A stretch of 64,000 nucleotides of DNA from Octopus vulgaris (GCA_951406725.2 OX597830.1:27900001-27964000), one strand, 5' to 3'. Counted from the first letter of the stretch, positions 45,765-60,420 are shown. Numbers and translations: made by a program. The notes: generated from the sequence alone by a model not told the origin.

Positions 45765-46232
45765 ACACCTGTTGTTATGTCCTTTATTTACATTTGTATT
45801 TCTGTACCATTTCTCCGTTTTTTCCGTCCTTGTTTTAATATATATTCGCTGGTTTTTTCCAAGGAATCTAATGCTCTTAGCTTAGTTTTTCCTTGGGGCG
45901 AGCCAGATTGGAGCAATCTCGAGTATAACCAGCCGAAATTGCAAACATAATCTGGAACTTGACCGAAGAAAGTAAACTCCGAATAACTCATCCTTGTCTT
46001 TTTGTATCGTCTGTCTGGATGTTGTTTTGTTGCCCCCTTTTTGTATCATCTTACTATCTGGGTGTTTTGCGTTCTTGTCCCATTTGGGGTTAAATTTTAT
46101 ATATATATATTTTTTTTTTCCTCTGCCTTCCCTTCTCTGGATCTTCCTCCTACTTTCCTTCTTTCCAATAATACTATAATTGTTCCACGTCCTCGCGTTG
46201 TTGTGTTTTTTTGTATTTTCTTGTTAGGATTA

Positions 46233-46237
<5 letters not shown>
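45765..46237 (+). mobile_element. Dispersed Penelope-type non-autonomous element ending in (TA)n
   Basis: 5' part matches 1150-1390; 3' part ttgttccacgtcctcgcgttgttgtgtttt..ggattaact matches 49161-49230 inverted. Confidence 0.65.
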
Positions 46238-46291
<54 letters not shown>

Positions 46292-47276
46292 CATAATCTG
46301 GACAAATAATTATCAGTCGATTAAATCAGTGTTTAAATGATGAGTAGAGCAACGGTACATTTTAGGCTACCTGATGTCATCTGCAGTCATGGTACACTTC
46401 TGTTGGATCTACTTCGGGAACTCCGCAGTGGCAGTTAGGTTTCGACCCATAGTGAGACATATCTTTTTCCATATACCTGACGGTCGGGAATGTGAGAAGG
46501 ACTAATGTGTCGAAACATATTTTGTGCTCAGTAATGATTTAATACTGAATCCAACTCCTGCTAATTAATATTACACGCACATACATATATATGTGTGTCC
46601 TGTAGTTTTAATTCTTCTGTGTTCTGTCGTATGATGAGTCTCCTTTAAATGGAAGTGAATGTTATGCATTAAAGAAACACGTGCATATACATTTAAATAC
46701 ACGGTACACACTGGTATTAGTAAAAGCAAAGTCGACTTTGTCCTGATTCGAACTAATATATATTTTCTGAGTGCGTAAATCTATTTAATTTTTGCTAGCT
46801 TTTGCACAAGCAGTAACAATACGTCGTTTACTGATTTCCATATCGGAGATTGCAACTTTAGGCTGAGTCCAAGTTCGTCCAGGATACTGCTCACAGAGGA
46901 AACGAAATCACATCGAAGCACGATAAGACGATGTCTGACGATACAGCGGTGTTCTCAGCAAAGCTTTGTGTTTGAAATATAAGTCTTTTGTTGAAACTTT
47001 CGACAAGACAGAATGTTACCCTTGATTATTTGTCCCTTTCGTGTATGCGTTGTAAGCTTCTTTATAGGTTGGTACACACACACACACACACACATACACA
47101 TACACACACATTTGGAATTCTCTAAAGATTACATAATACGGTTTTTAAGTATAAAGCGGAGACTTTTAAAAAAATATTTTTTAAAACAATTTATAAAACG
47201 TTTTATCAGGATATTACCAACCTATTTCGAAGAAGTTTGTATTGTATCTTATTGCGAGTATGCGCTTTCGATTAAA

Positions 47277-47358
<82 letters not shown>

Positions 47359-47490
47359 TAGATAGATAGATAGATATAAATATATATATATATGTATAAG
47401 TATATATACATATATATATATATATATATACATACATACATACATATATATATATATATGTATGTATGTATGTATGTATATATATATATG

Positions 47491-47542
<52 letters not shown>

Positions 47543-47599
47543 CATACATACACATATAAACAGAAGATACAAATATTACAGGCATCCCCCCCCCACACA

Positions 47600-47886
47600 C
47601 ACTAAATAAACATAGACGCACATAGAGATATAAGCATGCGCAAATGAAGACATACAATAGAAATACAAAATGGCTGACGGTTAGTAAGGAGAGACACAAA
47701 TACGAAAGAAGAAAACAAAGGACCACTGATGCGGTCACAGAAGTGTGACGAAAGAACTCTGGCCGAAATAAGATTAAGATTAATGTAAAAAATAAATATC
47801 ACTGAAGCAAAATAACACCAAATATATAGTGCGTGTGTTTTTATTGGCTAAACTGGCAATATGACCATTCCGAAATATAACAATAT
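47600..47886 (+). mobile_element. Penelope pLTR-like element with degenerate hammerhead at 47720-47764
   Basis: ggacca-CTGATG-cg-GTCAC agaagt GTGAC-GAAA-GAAC-TC-tggcc; its downstream part is the arm of the 1574-1812 palindrome; ends in (TA)n. Confidence 0.65.
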
Positions 47887-48361
47887 ATATATATATACAT
47901 ACATATATATATACATATATATCCTTTCCAGCTGAAGAAAGTGAAAAGAATTCAACCACGCAGTCTTGCTATGTGACACTTTATTGGTTTGAAATTGAAA
48001 GAAATCTGTCGTCGTGTATACAAATACATACATATGTACACACACATGCGCACAAAAGCACACACACACACACACACACACGTAAACACGCAGGCACACA
48101 CGCACACATATAAATACATTTATATATACATGTATGAGTGGATTTGATTAACAGAAACTGAAAGAAGCCCTTCATGTCTGTAGAAGTAGAAGAAGAAAGA
48201 GAAGAAAAACAAAAAAAGAAGAAGAAGAGAAAGAAAAAAATAGTAAAAGATGATATATATATATATATGTATGTATGTATATATCTATATCTATCTGTCT
48301 ATCCACCTATCCATCTATCTATCTATCTATCTATCTATCTACCCATCTATCTATCTATCTA

Positions 48362-48556
48362 TAAAGAAGGAAGGAGAAGAAGGAGAAGAAGAAGAAGAAG
48401 GAGAAGAAGAAGAAGAAGAAGAAGAAGAAGAAGAAGAAAAAGAAGCAGTAGTAGAAGACGAAGAAGAAGAAGAAGAAGAAGAAGAAGAAGAAGAAGAAGA
48501 AAAAGAAGAAGTAGTAGCAGTAGTAGAAGACGAAGGAAAAGAAGAAGAAGAAGAAG

Positions 48557-48588
<32 letters not shown>

Positions 48589-48722
48589 GAAGACGAAGGA
48601 AAAGAAGAAGAAGAAAAAGAAGGAGGAGGAGGAGAAGAAGAAGAAGATGATGATGATAATGATGATGATGACGATGACGAAATTGAGGATGTCGGCGACG
48701 ACGATGGTAAAGTTGATGATGA
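48362..48722. repeat. Compound (GAA)n domain sharing interruptions with 42115-42440
   Basis: gtagcagtagtagaagacgaa motifs and ggaggagga..gatgat ending in the same order. Confidence 0.85.
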
Positions 48723-49097
48723 GGTCTGGCATTGACAATCAGCACTTCCATAGGCTGCTAAACGCTATAGATTGACAAGGCTGTTAATCCTGGAACTAAC
48801 AGTACAATTTGACTCTCCAACCAAATCACTGTCATGTATGAAATAGCCCGAAACAAGCGTGATCTACTGGACCTATCGCTAGAAAGTGGTAGGACTTTGC
48901 TCCCCTGCATGCAATAACTCGGATGCAACTGTACATCGTTAACCAGAAAGAGGAGATGTCTTCTTGGGGTTAAAAAATTGTAGTAAAGTCCGTTTGAACG
49001 GAAAGCCATATTGAAGTGGATGTGAACATTGCTGGTTAGTACAACTACTTTGTTGATCTCTTAGAGTGATTTTAGAACTAGCATTTTTGCTGATGTT

Positions 49098-49160
<63 letters not shown>

Positions 49161-49165
<5 letters not shown>

Positions 49166-49363
49166 ATCCAAACATGAACAAAGAGAAAACACAACAACGA
49201 GAGGACGTGGAACAAGTATAATGTTATTGGACGCTCAGGAAAGGAAAAAAAGAAGGAGGATTTAACGGTTCGATCAGAGATCTTCGTCAGAAACATAGAA
49301 AAAGGAAAGGTCCAAGGAAGGGAAGACGGAGGAAAAAATCGCCAATGATACACACGCGGTCAC

Positions 49364-49365
<2 letters not shown>
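49161..49365 (-). mobile_element. Small element inserted in (AT)n with degenerate hammerhead at 49260-49294
   Basis: gttt-CTGACGA-a-GATC tct GATC-GAAC-CG-TT-aaat; (AT)n on both sides. Confidence 0.65.
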
Positions 49366-49430
<65 letters not shown>

Positions 49431-50707
49431 TGGTGTTTCTCCTTCTAATAGTAAATTTTCATCAATAATATTTCTATTTGGACTTGGCATGGAAATAGTA
49501 AATTTTTCTTCCTGTTTGCGATGTGATTCATGAATCATAACTAGTAAAATATCGAGACTTGTTATTATAACCGTCTCTTCATTAACACCCTTGTCATTCT
49601 AATCTTTATTGTTATCATTATTATTGTTGTTGTTGTTGTTGTTACTTTATTTTCATTATCATCATCGAAATCCTCCTCCTCAACATCATCATCATTAACA
49701 ACAACATAAAGAGCGACATTGGTGGTGGTGGTGGTGATGGGGGACTCTGTAGCCCGAACTATATGCAAAAACAGAATAACATGCAGTATTGTAAATTTGT
49801 AACAACACAAGTGTTACAGTAACATTTTGGTACTATTAATCAACCGTAAAAAACAACGGTATTAAATTTATTAACAACGACAGTAACAATAACAACACCA
49901 ACATCAAAAAGCAGTAGGAGCAGCAGTAGCAACAAGAAGGAGAGGAAAGAAATAGTACCACTACCAGTATTACCACCGCCGCCATCATTAGGAAAAACAA
50001 CAACAACAACAAATGTAAAAGCAACTGAAGGTGATGCAGTATACGCACCGCTAGCAACAGCTGCATCAATAACAGTAGAAACAGCAGTAAATTCATCAAG
50101 AGAGACTGTTAGTTGGAGCAGGAATTTTGTTAGTAATAATGAGTGGAATAAAAGTGTCGATAGTGACTTTAACCGGAAGCAACGTCAGTGTAGCATGTGC
50201 GATGAATATTTTAAAAATCTGGACTGCTCTGTTGTCTATAAATTTGATCAACAACATTCTTAATTATGTGAGCTCTCACTTCCGATTAACCGTGCACACC
50301 AAATAAAATCAGAATTAAAATAAAAGGAAATACAAATGAAAAAGAAAAGAAAAAAATATTCACTAAAACATCATTGTTTTCGTTGCAACCAAACATGGCT
50401 GATCATGTCCGTTTGAACGCCATTACACATTAAGGTCGTAGTAAACCTGATTGAAACAATAGCTGTGGCGAATATGACCGACTTCTATGATGAACAAACC
50501 TCTTTTTGTGATTAGCTCACCTATAGTACAATTATTGACTAACTGGGAATTGGAATAAAGGAAGGGGAGGAGAGTGCTAGGACTTCAAGATGAAAGGAAC
50601 CAGAGAAACAATGCGAAATAAACGTCCGTTTAATTGATAAAATAGCTTTGTGCTGGCATATACATATATGCACACCTGCTTGCTCACATATGTTGATATA
50701 TACACAG

Positions 50708-50803
<96 letters not shown>

Positions 50804-50811
50804 CACACACA

Positions 50812-50897
<86 letters not shown>

Positions 50898-51646
50898 TTA
50901 TATATATGTTTATGCGTGTGTTTATACATATGTGGGTGCGTGCATGCTTGTCTGTGCGTATTTGTGTATCTATTTTTGCAGGAATATAAATATTATATTC
51001 AAGCATGTATATGTATATATATGTGTGTGTGTGTACCTGTGTGTGTGAGTGTTTGTACGTGTGTATATACATACACACACACACACACATATATATATAC
51101 ATATATATGTGTATGTATATATATATATAAATACATACACATATGAACACACATATATACATATATACATATATATGTGTGTGTGTATGTATATATATAT
51201 ATATATATATATATACATACCCACACACATATATATGTATATGCATTTACAAAAGCATACGGATGTGGTCGCACATACAAACATGTATGTATACATACGT
51301 ACATATGTAACCAAAGAACTGACATGCATCATATACTTCATACCCTCTCTCTCTCTCTCTCTCTCTGTCGCTCACATACACACACCCATATATCGGGGCA
51401 GCTTATTTTTTTAACCAATAATGAATGATTCACTCGAGTAATGTTTCACTATTAACAAAATGACGTAATCTCGGTACAACTCCAGTAATGATGCAATAAT
51501 TAATGAGAGTAAGTGATGAGCCGTTAGGAAGCGCCTTAAAGTGTAGTTTATTGTATAAAATCATAATAGAGCCTATGATGCTTATCCTGGATGGGTATAA
51601 TATCGAAATATACAGCAAGTATGACCTCGGTATCATTTGAACTTAA

Positions 51647-51736
51647 GGCGGCGAGCTAGCAGAATCGTTAGCACGTCGGGCGAAATGCTTAGCGGTATTT
51701 CGTCTGCCGTTACGTTGTGAGTTCAAATTCCGCCGA
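51647..51736 (+). mobile_element. SINE family B 5' half, truncated at the junction with the LINE fragment
   Basis: ggcggcgagctagcagaatcgttagc...gagttcaaattccgccga. Confidence 0.85.
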
Positions 51737-51744
51737 ATTTTCCA

Positions 51745-52062
51745 CTGAGGAGGGAGCCGATTTCGAACTACGATACAAAGCTCAATCTTTGGGATGTAGT
51801 TAACACAGACGAATTCACAGTTGGAGCTTGAGAAAAGTCTTGTATATTTTTACTGTTCCACTCACAGATTGGACTTGTAATGTCAGCCGGTCAATATCTC
51901 TTTCTGAAAATCTCAGTTTATCCAGATTCTCCTTTAAGCATGTACTAACAAAGCCTAGTGCTCCAATTATTGGTATGGATATGATTTCATAGTCTGGATA
52001 TAGAAGCTGCTGGTTTCGAAGCAGTTGTCCATAGATATCCTGTTTTACTTTGATTTTCAAAG
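51745..52062 (-). mobile_element. RLE LINE C-terminal fragment plus 3' UTR
   Basis: YGQLLRNQQLLYPDYEIISIPIIGALGFVSTCLKENLDKLRFS..QSVSGTVKIYKTFLK* (PIIxGALG motif of RLE non-LTR elements); homologous to 2300-2500. Confidence 0.85.
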
Positions 52063-52074
52063 ATGTATGCATGC

Positions 52075-52460
52075 AAGTATGTATGTATGTATGTATGTAT
52101 GTATGTATGTATGTATGTATGTATGTATGTATGTATGTATGTATGTATGTATGTATGTATGTATGTATGTATGTATGTATGTATGTATGTATGTTTGTAT
52201 GTATGTATGTATGTATGTGTGTATGTTTGTAGGTATGTATGTGTGTATGTATGTATGTATGTATGTATGTATGTATGTATGTATGTATGTATGTATGTAT
52301 GTATGTATGTATGCATGTACGTATGTGCTAGTGTGTTTGTGTATGTATGCGTGTGTGTATGTATGTATGTATGTATGCACGTATGTATGTATGCATGTAT
52401 ATATAAATATATGTATATATGTATGTATGTATGCATGTATGTATGTATGCGTGAGTATGT
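52075..52460. repeat. (TATG)n microsatellite
   Basis: Directly visible. Confidence 0.98.
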
Positions 52461-52768
52461 ATATGGGATTGTATTTGTGATACAAATTGCGAAGTTGATG
52501 CAATTTGAAATTTGAATGTATCACCTGTACGTATGTATGAATGTATCATCATCATCATCATCATCATAATCATCATCATCATCATCATCATTATCATCAT
52601 CATCATCATCATCATCATTGTCGTCGTCGTCGTCGTCTTTACCATTATCGATCGTTAACAAACGTTAAATGAAGGACTCACGGAAGAAGTCAAACATTTA
52701 TTTATTAAGTCAGAAGCTGCTTCCCATTTACGAAGTCCACTTTAAAAATATGTATGATGAATGTAGGT

Positions 52769-52852
<84 letters not shown>

Positions 52853-52967
52853 TGTATGTGTGTGTGAATGAAAAGTGTATGTGCGTGTGTGAGAAAGACA
52901 GAGAGAGGCAAAGAGAAAAAGGGTGAGTAAAGAGTAAAAGAGTATCTCTAAAGAACACAAACGAACG

Positions 52968-53007
<40 letters not shown>

Positions 53008-53952
53008 TACACACACATACTCACACACACAAACACATAGATTCCTGTATGGATGTAAATGCATGAAAAATCGAATTGTTGAACTACGCCTAATGTCTGC
53101 GGTCAGTACGAAAGTACAACATCTCAATTAGCTAACTTTATCAGTCATTGAAAAAAAAAAACTGTCTACACGTAATAAAACAGTTTACACAATCTCACAG
53201 CACAGCATCACTCAGCACTCTTGAAATTTGTATAGAAAAGTCAAAAAGATGATGGCAACAGTATTTATTTTGAGATGGTCAATTCAGTTCCGAAGCACAC
53301 CATTACAGACGTGAATCTGCAAATTGTAACATGTTTCCCAGATAGCCACAACAAATAAATATATATATAAGTATGTAAATAAAACTTTCTATATATCTAT
53401 ACACTCGCACAAATCAGAAAAGCTCAGTAATACTGGCTGCCCGAAACGTTTTCTAAGTGTGAATTCAATACTCAAGTGATTTGGATCTGTCCGTCGCATC
53501 ATTCCTGAATTCCTTCTAATGAACTTTAATAAACGCTCACAATATCACCGGCTGACATATAAAAGGCGATGGACAGCACTTTATGTCATATCCCATATAA
53601 TATATGATAATTTGGCCGAATTTTAAACTGCTACGTGTTATTCTTTACTTTTCACCTAGCAAACTATGTATAGACTCTTTACAAACGCTAGAGTATGCAG
53701 ACACAGAAACACACACTTTTTTATACACACACACATCACACATCAAACACATACACATCCCCCCCACACATACACAAACACTCACAGAGACGCACACTCA
53801 TTTTCTTTACTTCTATTGTCATACGTATGCATATATTTTACGATATATTTTTCCGCAAGAATCAAGACATGATCTCTATTATATTTTTATAAGAAAATTA
53901 GTAATATAATGCGTTATATATATATAATTATATATATATATATATATATATA

Positions 53953-54126
53953 TGGGGGGGTTCAAGAAAAAAAAAACAAAAGACGAAGACAGGTGGTGTA
54001 GAAAGCAAACAGATATATTAGTATAACGCTCGGGAATTGGAAAAGTCTTTAACGTCTCGAGCCTACGCTCTTCCACAGAAAGGAACACAGAAAGACACAA
54101 GGAGAGAAAAAATGTGTGAAATGGCT

Positions 54127-54128
<2 letters not shown>
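53953..54128 (-). mobile_element. Small element in (TA)n with degenerate hammerhead at 54047-54082
   Basis: cttt-CTGTGGA-a-GAGC gtag GCTC-GAGA-CG-TT-aaag; same architecture as 49260-49294. Confidence 0.55.
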
Positions 54129-54164
<36 letters not shown>

Positions 54165-54165
54165 T

Positions 54166-54222
<57 letters not shown>

Positions 54223-54650
54223 TCACACACATAGATATGTATCTATACATACACATGTATGTATGTATGTATGTATGTATGTATGTATGTATGTGTGTGT
54301 GTATAGTTTCTTGAAACATTGAGAACATATAACCAATAAATGTTGACGTCAGTTAATACACTGTGTAAAGCGGTTTCGCCCAAATCGTTTTGTCAACGAG
54401 TTACTATCTTTGAACTACCTTAAAATTTCTACATTTTATATACGAATTATAAAAGTGGGAGAAGTTACAAGCTAAATGAGGAGTTACAATATTGAAAAAT
54501 AGTTCTACTTTTTAATATTTAACACTGAATCTTGGGATCATATTGTTATGTTCTTAGTTATCAATTGAACAATGCAAAACTTTTTCAGTAAATATATATA
54601 TATACATACCTTCATACATATATGTGTGTATATATACGTATACACATACA

Positions 54651-54711
<61 letters not shown>

Positions 54712-54714
54712 ACA

Positions 54715-54831
54715 CATAGCTTGCTTCCTAACGACATGGTTCCTAGTTCAGTTCCACCGTGTGACACCTTGCACAAGTGTTTTTTCTATGGCCTTTGGCC
54801 CATCCAAAGACGGAAACTTGAGGAAGGCTGT

Positions 54832-54869
<38 letters not shown>

Positions 54870-55240
54870 TGTATGTATGTAGAGCAGAGAAAAAAAGCTC
54901 AACAAATTCAAGGCAGGAGGAGTATCTCAAGCCATTTAGAATATTTACTGAGAGTGAGGCGAATTACTTCAAATTCACCTTACTCAACTTAAATATTCTA
55001 AATGGCTTGAGACACTCATCCTGTTTTGGTTTTGATGTCCTTTCTCCTTTAATATACAGCTGCTAACTCGGAAGCCTATTGCGGATCCCTCGCTCCAGCT
55101 TGTGGACTTGGAACCTAACATATAACCAATTCTAGCACTTAGAAAGCGTACCTATTCGTTTAGATTACCCTCATATTCTTTATGTATGTATGTATGTTTG
55201 TTTGTATGTATGTATGTATGTATGTATGTATGTATGTATG

Positions 55241-55286
<46 letters not shown>

Positions 55287-55480
55287 TCTTTGTGTTTGTG
55301 TTTGTTCCCCCATACCATTTGACAACCGGTGTTGGTGTGATTAGATCCCCGTACGCAATCGATAGAACAAGTAACAGGCTAAAAAAATAGTACTGGTTTC
55401 AATTCATTCGACTAAAAATTCTACAACGTAACGCTTCGGCTTGCACGCAGTCTAGTGACTGAAACAAGTAAAAGGTAAAA
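54715..55480 (+). mobile_element. Decayed SINE family A with a ~300-bp insert in its internal microsatellite
   Basis: 5' half 54715-54835, 3' half 55285-55480. Confidence 0.7.
54909..55028. repeat. Inverted repeat, ~57-bp arms, 6-nt loop
   Basis: Perfect 23-bp core TCTCAAGCCATTTAGAATATTTA (54925-54947) / TAAATATTCTAAATGGCTTGAGA (54990-55012). Confidence 0.9.
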
Positions 55481-55739
55481 ATTAATGATGAAAGATATGG
55501 TGTACTGTTTCGTTTTATGTAGAACAAAGAAACAAAAACAAAAAAAGGACATCATATAATGGGAGACGAGTATCAGTTTGCAAACACAAGATTAAAACGT
55601 GAGCTACTATAAGTTTCCTGATCGGATTGTACAGTAATCAAACGGATTTGTATAGTGTGCCGTTTATCATATATATATATACATACATACATATGTATAT
55701 ATATATATATGTATACATACATACATACATATATACACA

Positions 55740-55790
<51 letters not shown>

Positions 55791-55791
55791 A

Positions 55792-55843
<52 letters not shown>

Positions 55844-55988
55844 TATACATATATATACATACATAAATATATTTGTATATATACACATGGACGTGTATAT
55901 ACAGTTATATATATGTATATATATGCATGTATATATATATATATATATATTATGTATATATATATATAAATATATATGTATATATATG

Positions 55989-56081
<93 letters not shown>

Positions 56082-56844
56082 ATATATGTATATAAATGGT
56101 AGTGTGTAAGTAGTAAGTGATATAATCACTTCTGTTGAAATTTAGTGATCGTAAAAAAAAAATTCCTTTAGAATCTCTAACATCATTTCACAAACGTAAT
56201 ATAGCTAACCATTTAAGAGATTCATATAAACTAGTTATTGAATAATTATATTTATATATAATCCGTAAGAGAGATGAAAAGGAGAAAAATAAGTGTAACT
56301 GGTATGAAATGAAACAAATAAACACTGCGTATGGTATGGGTGTATATATATGTCTTTCTTTATATATATGTCTATCAATCTCTCTCTATCTCACTCCCTC
56401 TAGATCTCTGTATCTGTATATATATTTCTCCCACCCTCTCTCTCTCTTTGTATATATAAATATATATTTGTATATCATACACACCCCATACACGTACATA
56501 CGACTGCAAATACATACACGAACACATTTATTCACTTAAAATAGAACAAACCGTAAAATGGACATAAAGCCCTATAGTCTTGCACACAATTTATAAAAAG
56601 TCAAAGCTTTAGCTACGAAAGAGAAAAACGAGTTTATTATACCATAAATATTAGTTAGAAACCCAATAGCTGTTAAAATATAACCAATTGAATTAAGACT
56701 ACCTACTTGTATTATAAAAATGGCCAATACATTTGGAGCTAAAAATGTCATAGTGTTCTATTAAACACAATTTCGTTGCATTTTTTTTTCGTTTTTTCAT
56801 GTAATGAGTTTCTACCTATGTTATATGTGTGTATGTGTCCGCTT

Positions 56845-56894
<50 letters not shown>

Positions 56895-56912
56895 ATTAAA
56901 TTAATAATTATA

Positions 56913-56945
<33 letters not shown>

Positions 56946-57077
56946 GATTATATTAAGGGAGAAAGTCTAAACATGAATTTTTCTCCCCCATGCTGAATGA
57001 ATGTCTAAACATTACTATGCTACCGAGAAAAAACATCATAAATAAATAAATATATATATATATACGTACACACACAC

Positions 57078-57125
<48 letters not shown>

Positions 57126-57203
57126 GCACATATATATATATGTCTATATACATACATACCAGCACATATACCACCGACAGACACGCACCGATATATATAT
57201 ATA

Positions 57204-57298
<95 letters not shown>

Positions 57299-57364
57299 GA
57301 CGGCATGCCTATATGCATGTATTTATGTATTTATCTTCTATGCATGTATCATATACATACATGA

Positions 57365-57408
<44 letters not shown>

Positions 57409-58217
57409 AATATTACTATTATATAGTGAAAAAGTTATTTTAGCCATTGAAGAACAGAGAAAATCTAGTCTATTCATTTCTTTGTTTATTTCTTAATAAC
57501 GTTGTCTGTTATGATATGCCAAATGTTTCGTCGCAATTCTTTGTCATGATCAATGACGTAGTGACATCGTCGATATGCGTTAAATTATTCCATATTGAAC
57601 TGTACTATTACGAAATAAACGAAAATTTAAAAATGATCGTCTTTGTCTGACCTGATGCTGTGAAACTGATCTCTATATAACATTATGCGCATGTCTTCAT
57701 GTAGACATAAACGCACATACATATATATATGTATGTATGTATGTATATATATACATATATGTGTGCGTGTGTATTTGTGTGACTGTATATGTACATGTGT
57801 ACGCTTGTATATACTTATGTATGCTTGGATGTATGTATACTTAATTCATAATATTAATCGTTCATGCTGTCGTTGCATCTTTTGATTTTGTGTTAGCATG
57901 AAATAGCATAGCTGTTCCTCACATTTGTTTTTTGATTTGCTTTCCCATACTTCACGTATTTAATGGTCATTTTATTGATATCTGAGCATTAAAATCAAAA
58001 TTCACTAGAAGCGAAATTTTCTATATTGTACGTACATCAATATGTCTTCGCATGACCTGTTGTCAAGTTTCGATATCTGTTATAACTTACCAGAAGCCCT
58101 TCACGAATGATTATATTAATGTTGTTACTTAACGAATCTACTCATTTGTTAAAGAAATTACAAAACCAGATGCTTTTACCTTTCAGTTCACAAAGCTATT
58201 TTATATAGACATCTTTA

Positions 58218-58869
58218 TATTATATGTAGTGTTAGTGAAGGCGCAATGGCCCAGTGGTTAGGGCAGTGGACTCGCGGTCGTAGGCAGGGGTTGGTGGCGA
58301 ACCCTGCTGACCTCTTTCACCGCAACTTTTCTCACTCTGTCTTCCTGTTTCTGTTGTACCTGTGTTTCAAAGGGCCAGACTTGTCACACTCTGTGTCACG
58401 CTGAATCTCCCCGAGAACTACGTTAAGGGTACACGTGTCTGTCGAGTGCTCAGCCACTTGCACGTTGATTTTACGAGCTGGCCGTTTCCGTTGATCGGAT
58501 CAACTGGAAGCCTCGTCGTCCTAACCGACAGAGTGCCATGATGTGTAGTGTTGATTAGAAATCTATAGCTATATTCTGCAGTGCTGTAGAGCGATAAAAC
58601 TAACCGCTGTTAATACACCAGTAATTTATTAATCGAAATAAATGCTCACCAACAATCCATGATATATGCAAATTAGTCGGTGCTACTTTGGTATGCGATT
58701 TACGTGTAATGAAATTGCTTTGGTATGCGATCTACACTTTATATGTGCTTCATTCTAATTTCCTTTTAATAATAAATGTACTAAATGATAAATTTTAATA
58801 ATAAATATATTAACGATAAAGTTATCATACTTGTTTCAAATTCGCTTCATTCTAATTTCATTTTAATAA
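58218..58869 (+). repeat. Direct-repeat copy A (internally deleted family D SINE, unique DNA, MITE left end)
   Basis: Colinear with 59248-59878. Confidence 0.92.
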
Positions 58870-59247
58870 TCTATTATATAAAATCCGTTCTGTCTGTCTG
58901 TGTGTGTGTCTTCTAGGATCTCGGACATCCTCCATCCGATTGCGCTCAAATTTTATATGTAGATACCGACGGTATCAGGACGTGTATAAGTCTTGAAAGA
59001 ATTACAAAAATCGTTTCAAGGTGAGAATACGATCGATAAAGCTGTGGGAACGTGCATTTGTTCGCGCAAGTACATCAGCTGTTGCGTTCGATACTACGCG
59101 TACGCGAGAAAAATGCACGGCGTCTCAAATTTAGGTTGAATCAGTGTTTCTCAAAGGGGAGGCCTATGGGACGATCGGACAAGTTATTTTGAGAAAATTT
59201 GGTTTTCAAACTCAGCACCGTCCATTAGGCGGGGAACGTTTTGCTCG
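58870..59247 (+). mobile_element. Non-autonomous Helitron-like element, both ends present
   Basis: A|TCTATTATATAAAATCC 5' end, (GTCT)n, weak GC-rich 3' hairpin gcggggaacgttttgc, CTCG|T end, inserted between A and T; second copy at 4385. Confidence 0.75.
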
Positions 59248-59878
59248 TATTATATATAGTGTTAGTGGAGCTGCAAGGGCTCAGTGGTTAGGGCAGTGGA
59301 CTCGCGATCGTAGGCATGGGTTGGTGGCGAACTCTACTGTACTCTTTCACCGCAACTTTCTCTCACTCTGTCTTCCTGTTTCTGTTGTACCTGTGTTTCA
59401 AAGGGGCCAGCTTTGTTACACTCTGTGTCACGGTGAATCTCCCCGAGAACTACGCTAAGAATACACGTGTCAGCCACTTGCAGGTTAATTTCACGAGTAA
59501 CCTCTTCCGTTGATCGGATCAACTGGAACCCTCGTCGTCGTGACCGACGGAGTGCCACGATATGTAATATTGATTAAAAATCTATAGCTAAATTCTGCAA
59601 TGCTGTAGAACGATAAAACGAATACACCAGTAATTTATTAATCGAAGTAAATGCTCACCAACAATCCATGATATATGCAAATTACACGGTGCTATTTTGG
59701 TATGCGATTTACGTGTAATGAAACTGTTTTGGCATGCGATCTACACTTTATATGTGCTTCATTATAATTTACTTTTAATAATAAATGTACTAAATAATAA
59801 ATTTTGATAATAAATATATTAACGATAAAGTTAGTAAACTTGTTTCAAATTCCCTTCATTCTAATTTCATTTTGATAA
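59248..59878 (+). repeat. Direct-repeat copy A'
   Basis: Same SINE deletion junction (gtaggca.gggttggtggcgaac) and same unique sequence as copy A. Confidence 0.92.
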
Positions 59879-60420
59879 TCGTTATGTTTTTTCCTTCTCA
59901 TAAGGGCCGGTTTCCCGGTTTCCTTGGCGTAAAGGTTCCCCACCTAGTCTTGATGCCGGTCCGTCGCAGGTGAGTTTCAAGTTGCAGTAGGAAAGAGTGA
60001 GAGAAAGTTGTGGCGGAAGAGTCAGCAGAAGTTCGCCATTACCTTCTGCTGGAGCCGCGTGGAACTTAGGTGTTTCGCTCATAAACATACACATCGCCTG
60101 GTCTGAGATTCGAACCTGCGATACCTCGACCGCGAGTCCTCTGCTCTAACCACTAGGCCATGTGCCTCTACTATTTTAATGATAAATGTATAAAATGCAT
60201 AAAAATTTTAATTCTCTATTTTTTACTTTTCTAACTGATGTTCGTTCGATTTGCCCATAAAATTAGTAAACTTGTGTCAAATTCGTTTAATGTTTTTTTT
60301 TTAAATAAACGTATAGAAATATAAGAATGTTTTAATCAAGCCATAATAAATAAACGAAGCGTGTAGATCACATACTAAGGTAGAATTTGACGCTTGTACA
60401 TCGCATACCAAAATAGCACC
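59688..60420. mobile_element. MITE with GG-starting TIRs (Merlin- or MULE-like), containing a nested SINE
   Basis: GGTGCTATTTTGGTATGCGAT (59688-59708) / ATCGCATACCAAAATAGCACC (60400-60420), perfect 21 bp; aattagtc flanks the left end in copy A (58671-58678) and recurs at 60424-60431. Confidence 0.75.
59890..60168 (-). mobile_element. tRNA-derived SINE (family D variant)
   Basis: gaggcacatggcctagtggttagagcag head, ggttcgaatctc B box. Confidence 0.85.

Noticed and set aside
48725-49095. Unique-looking island with short ORFs
   Set aside because: No recognisable motifs; probably a decayed repeat
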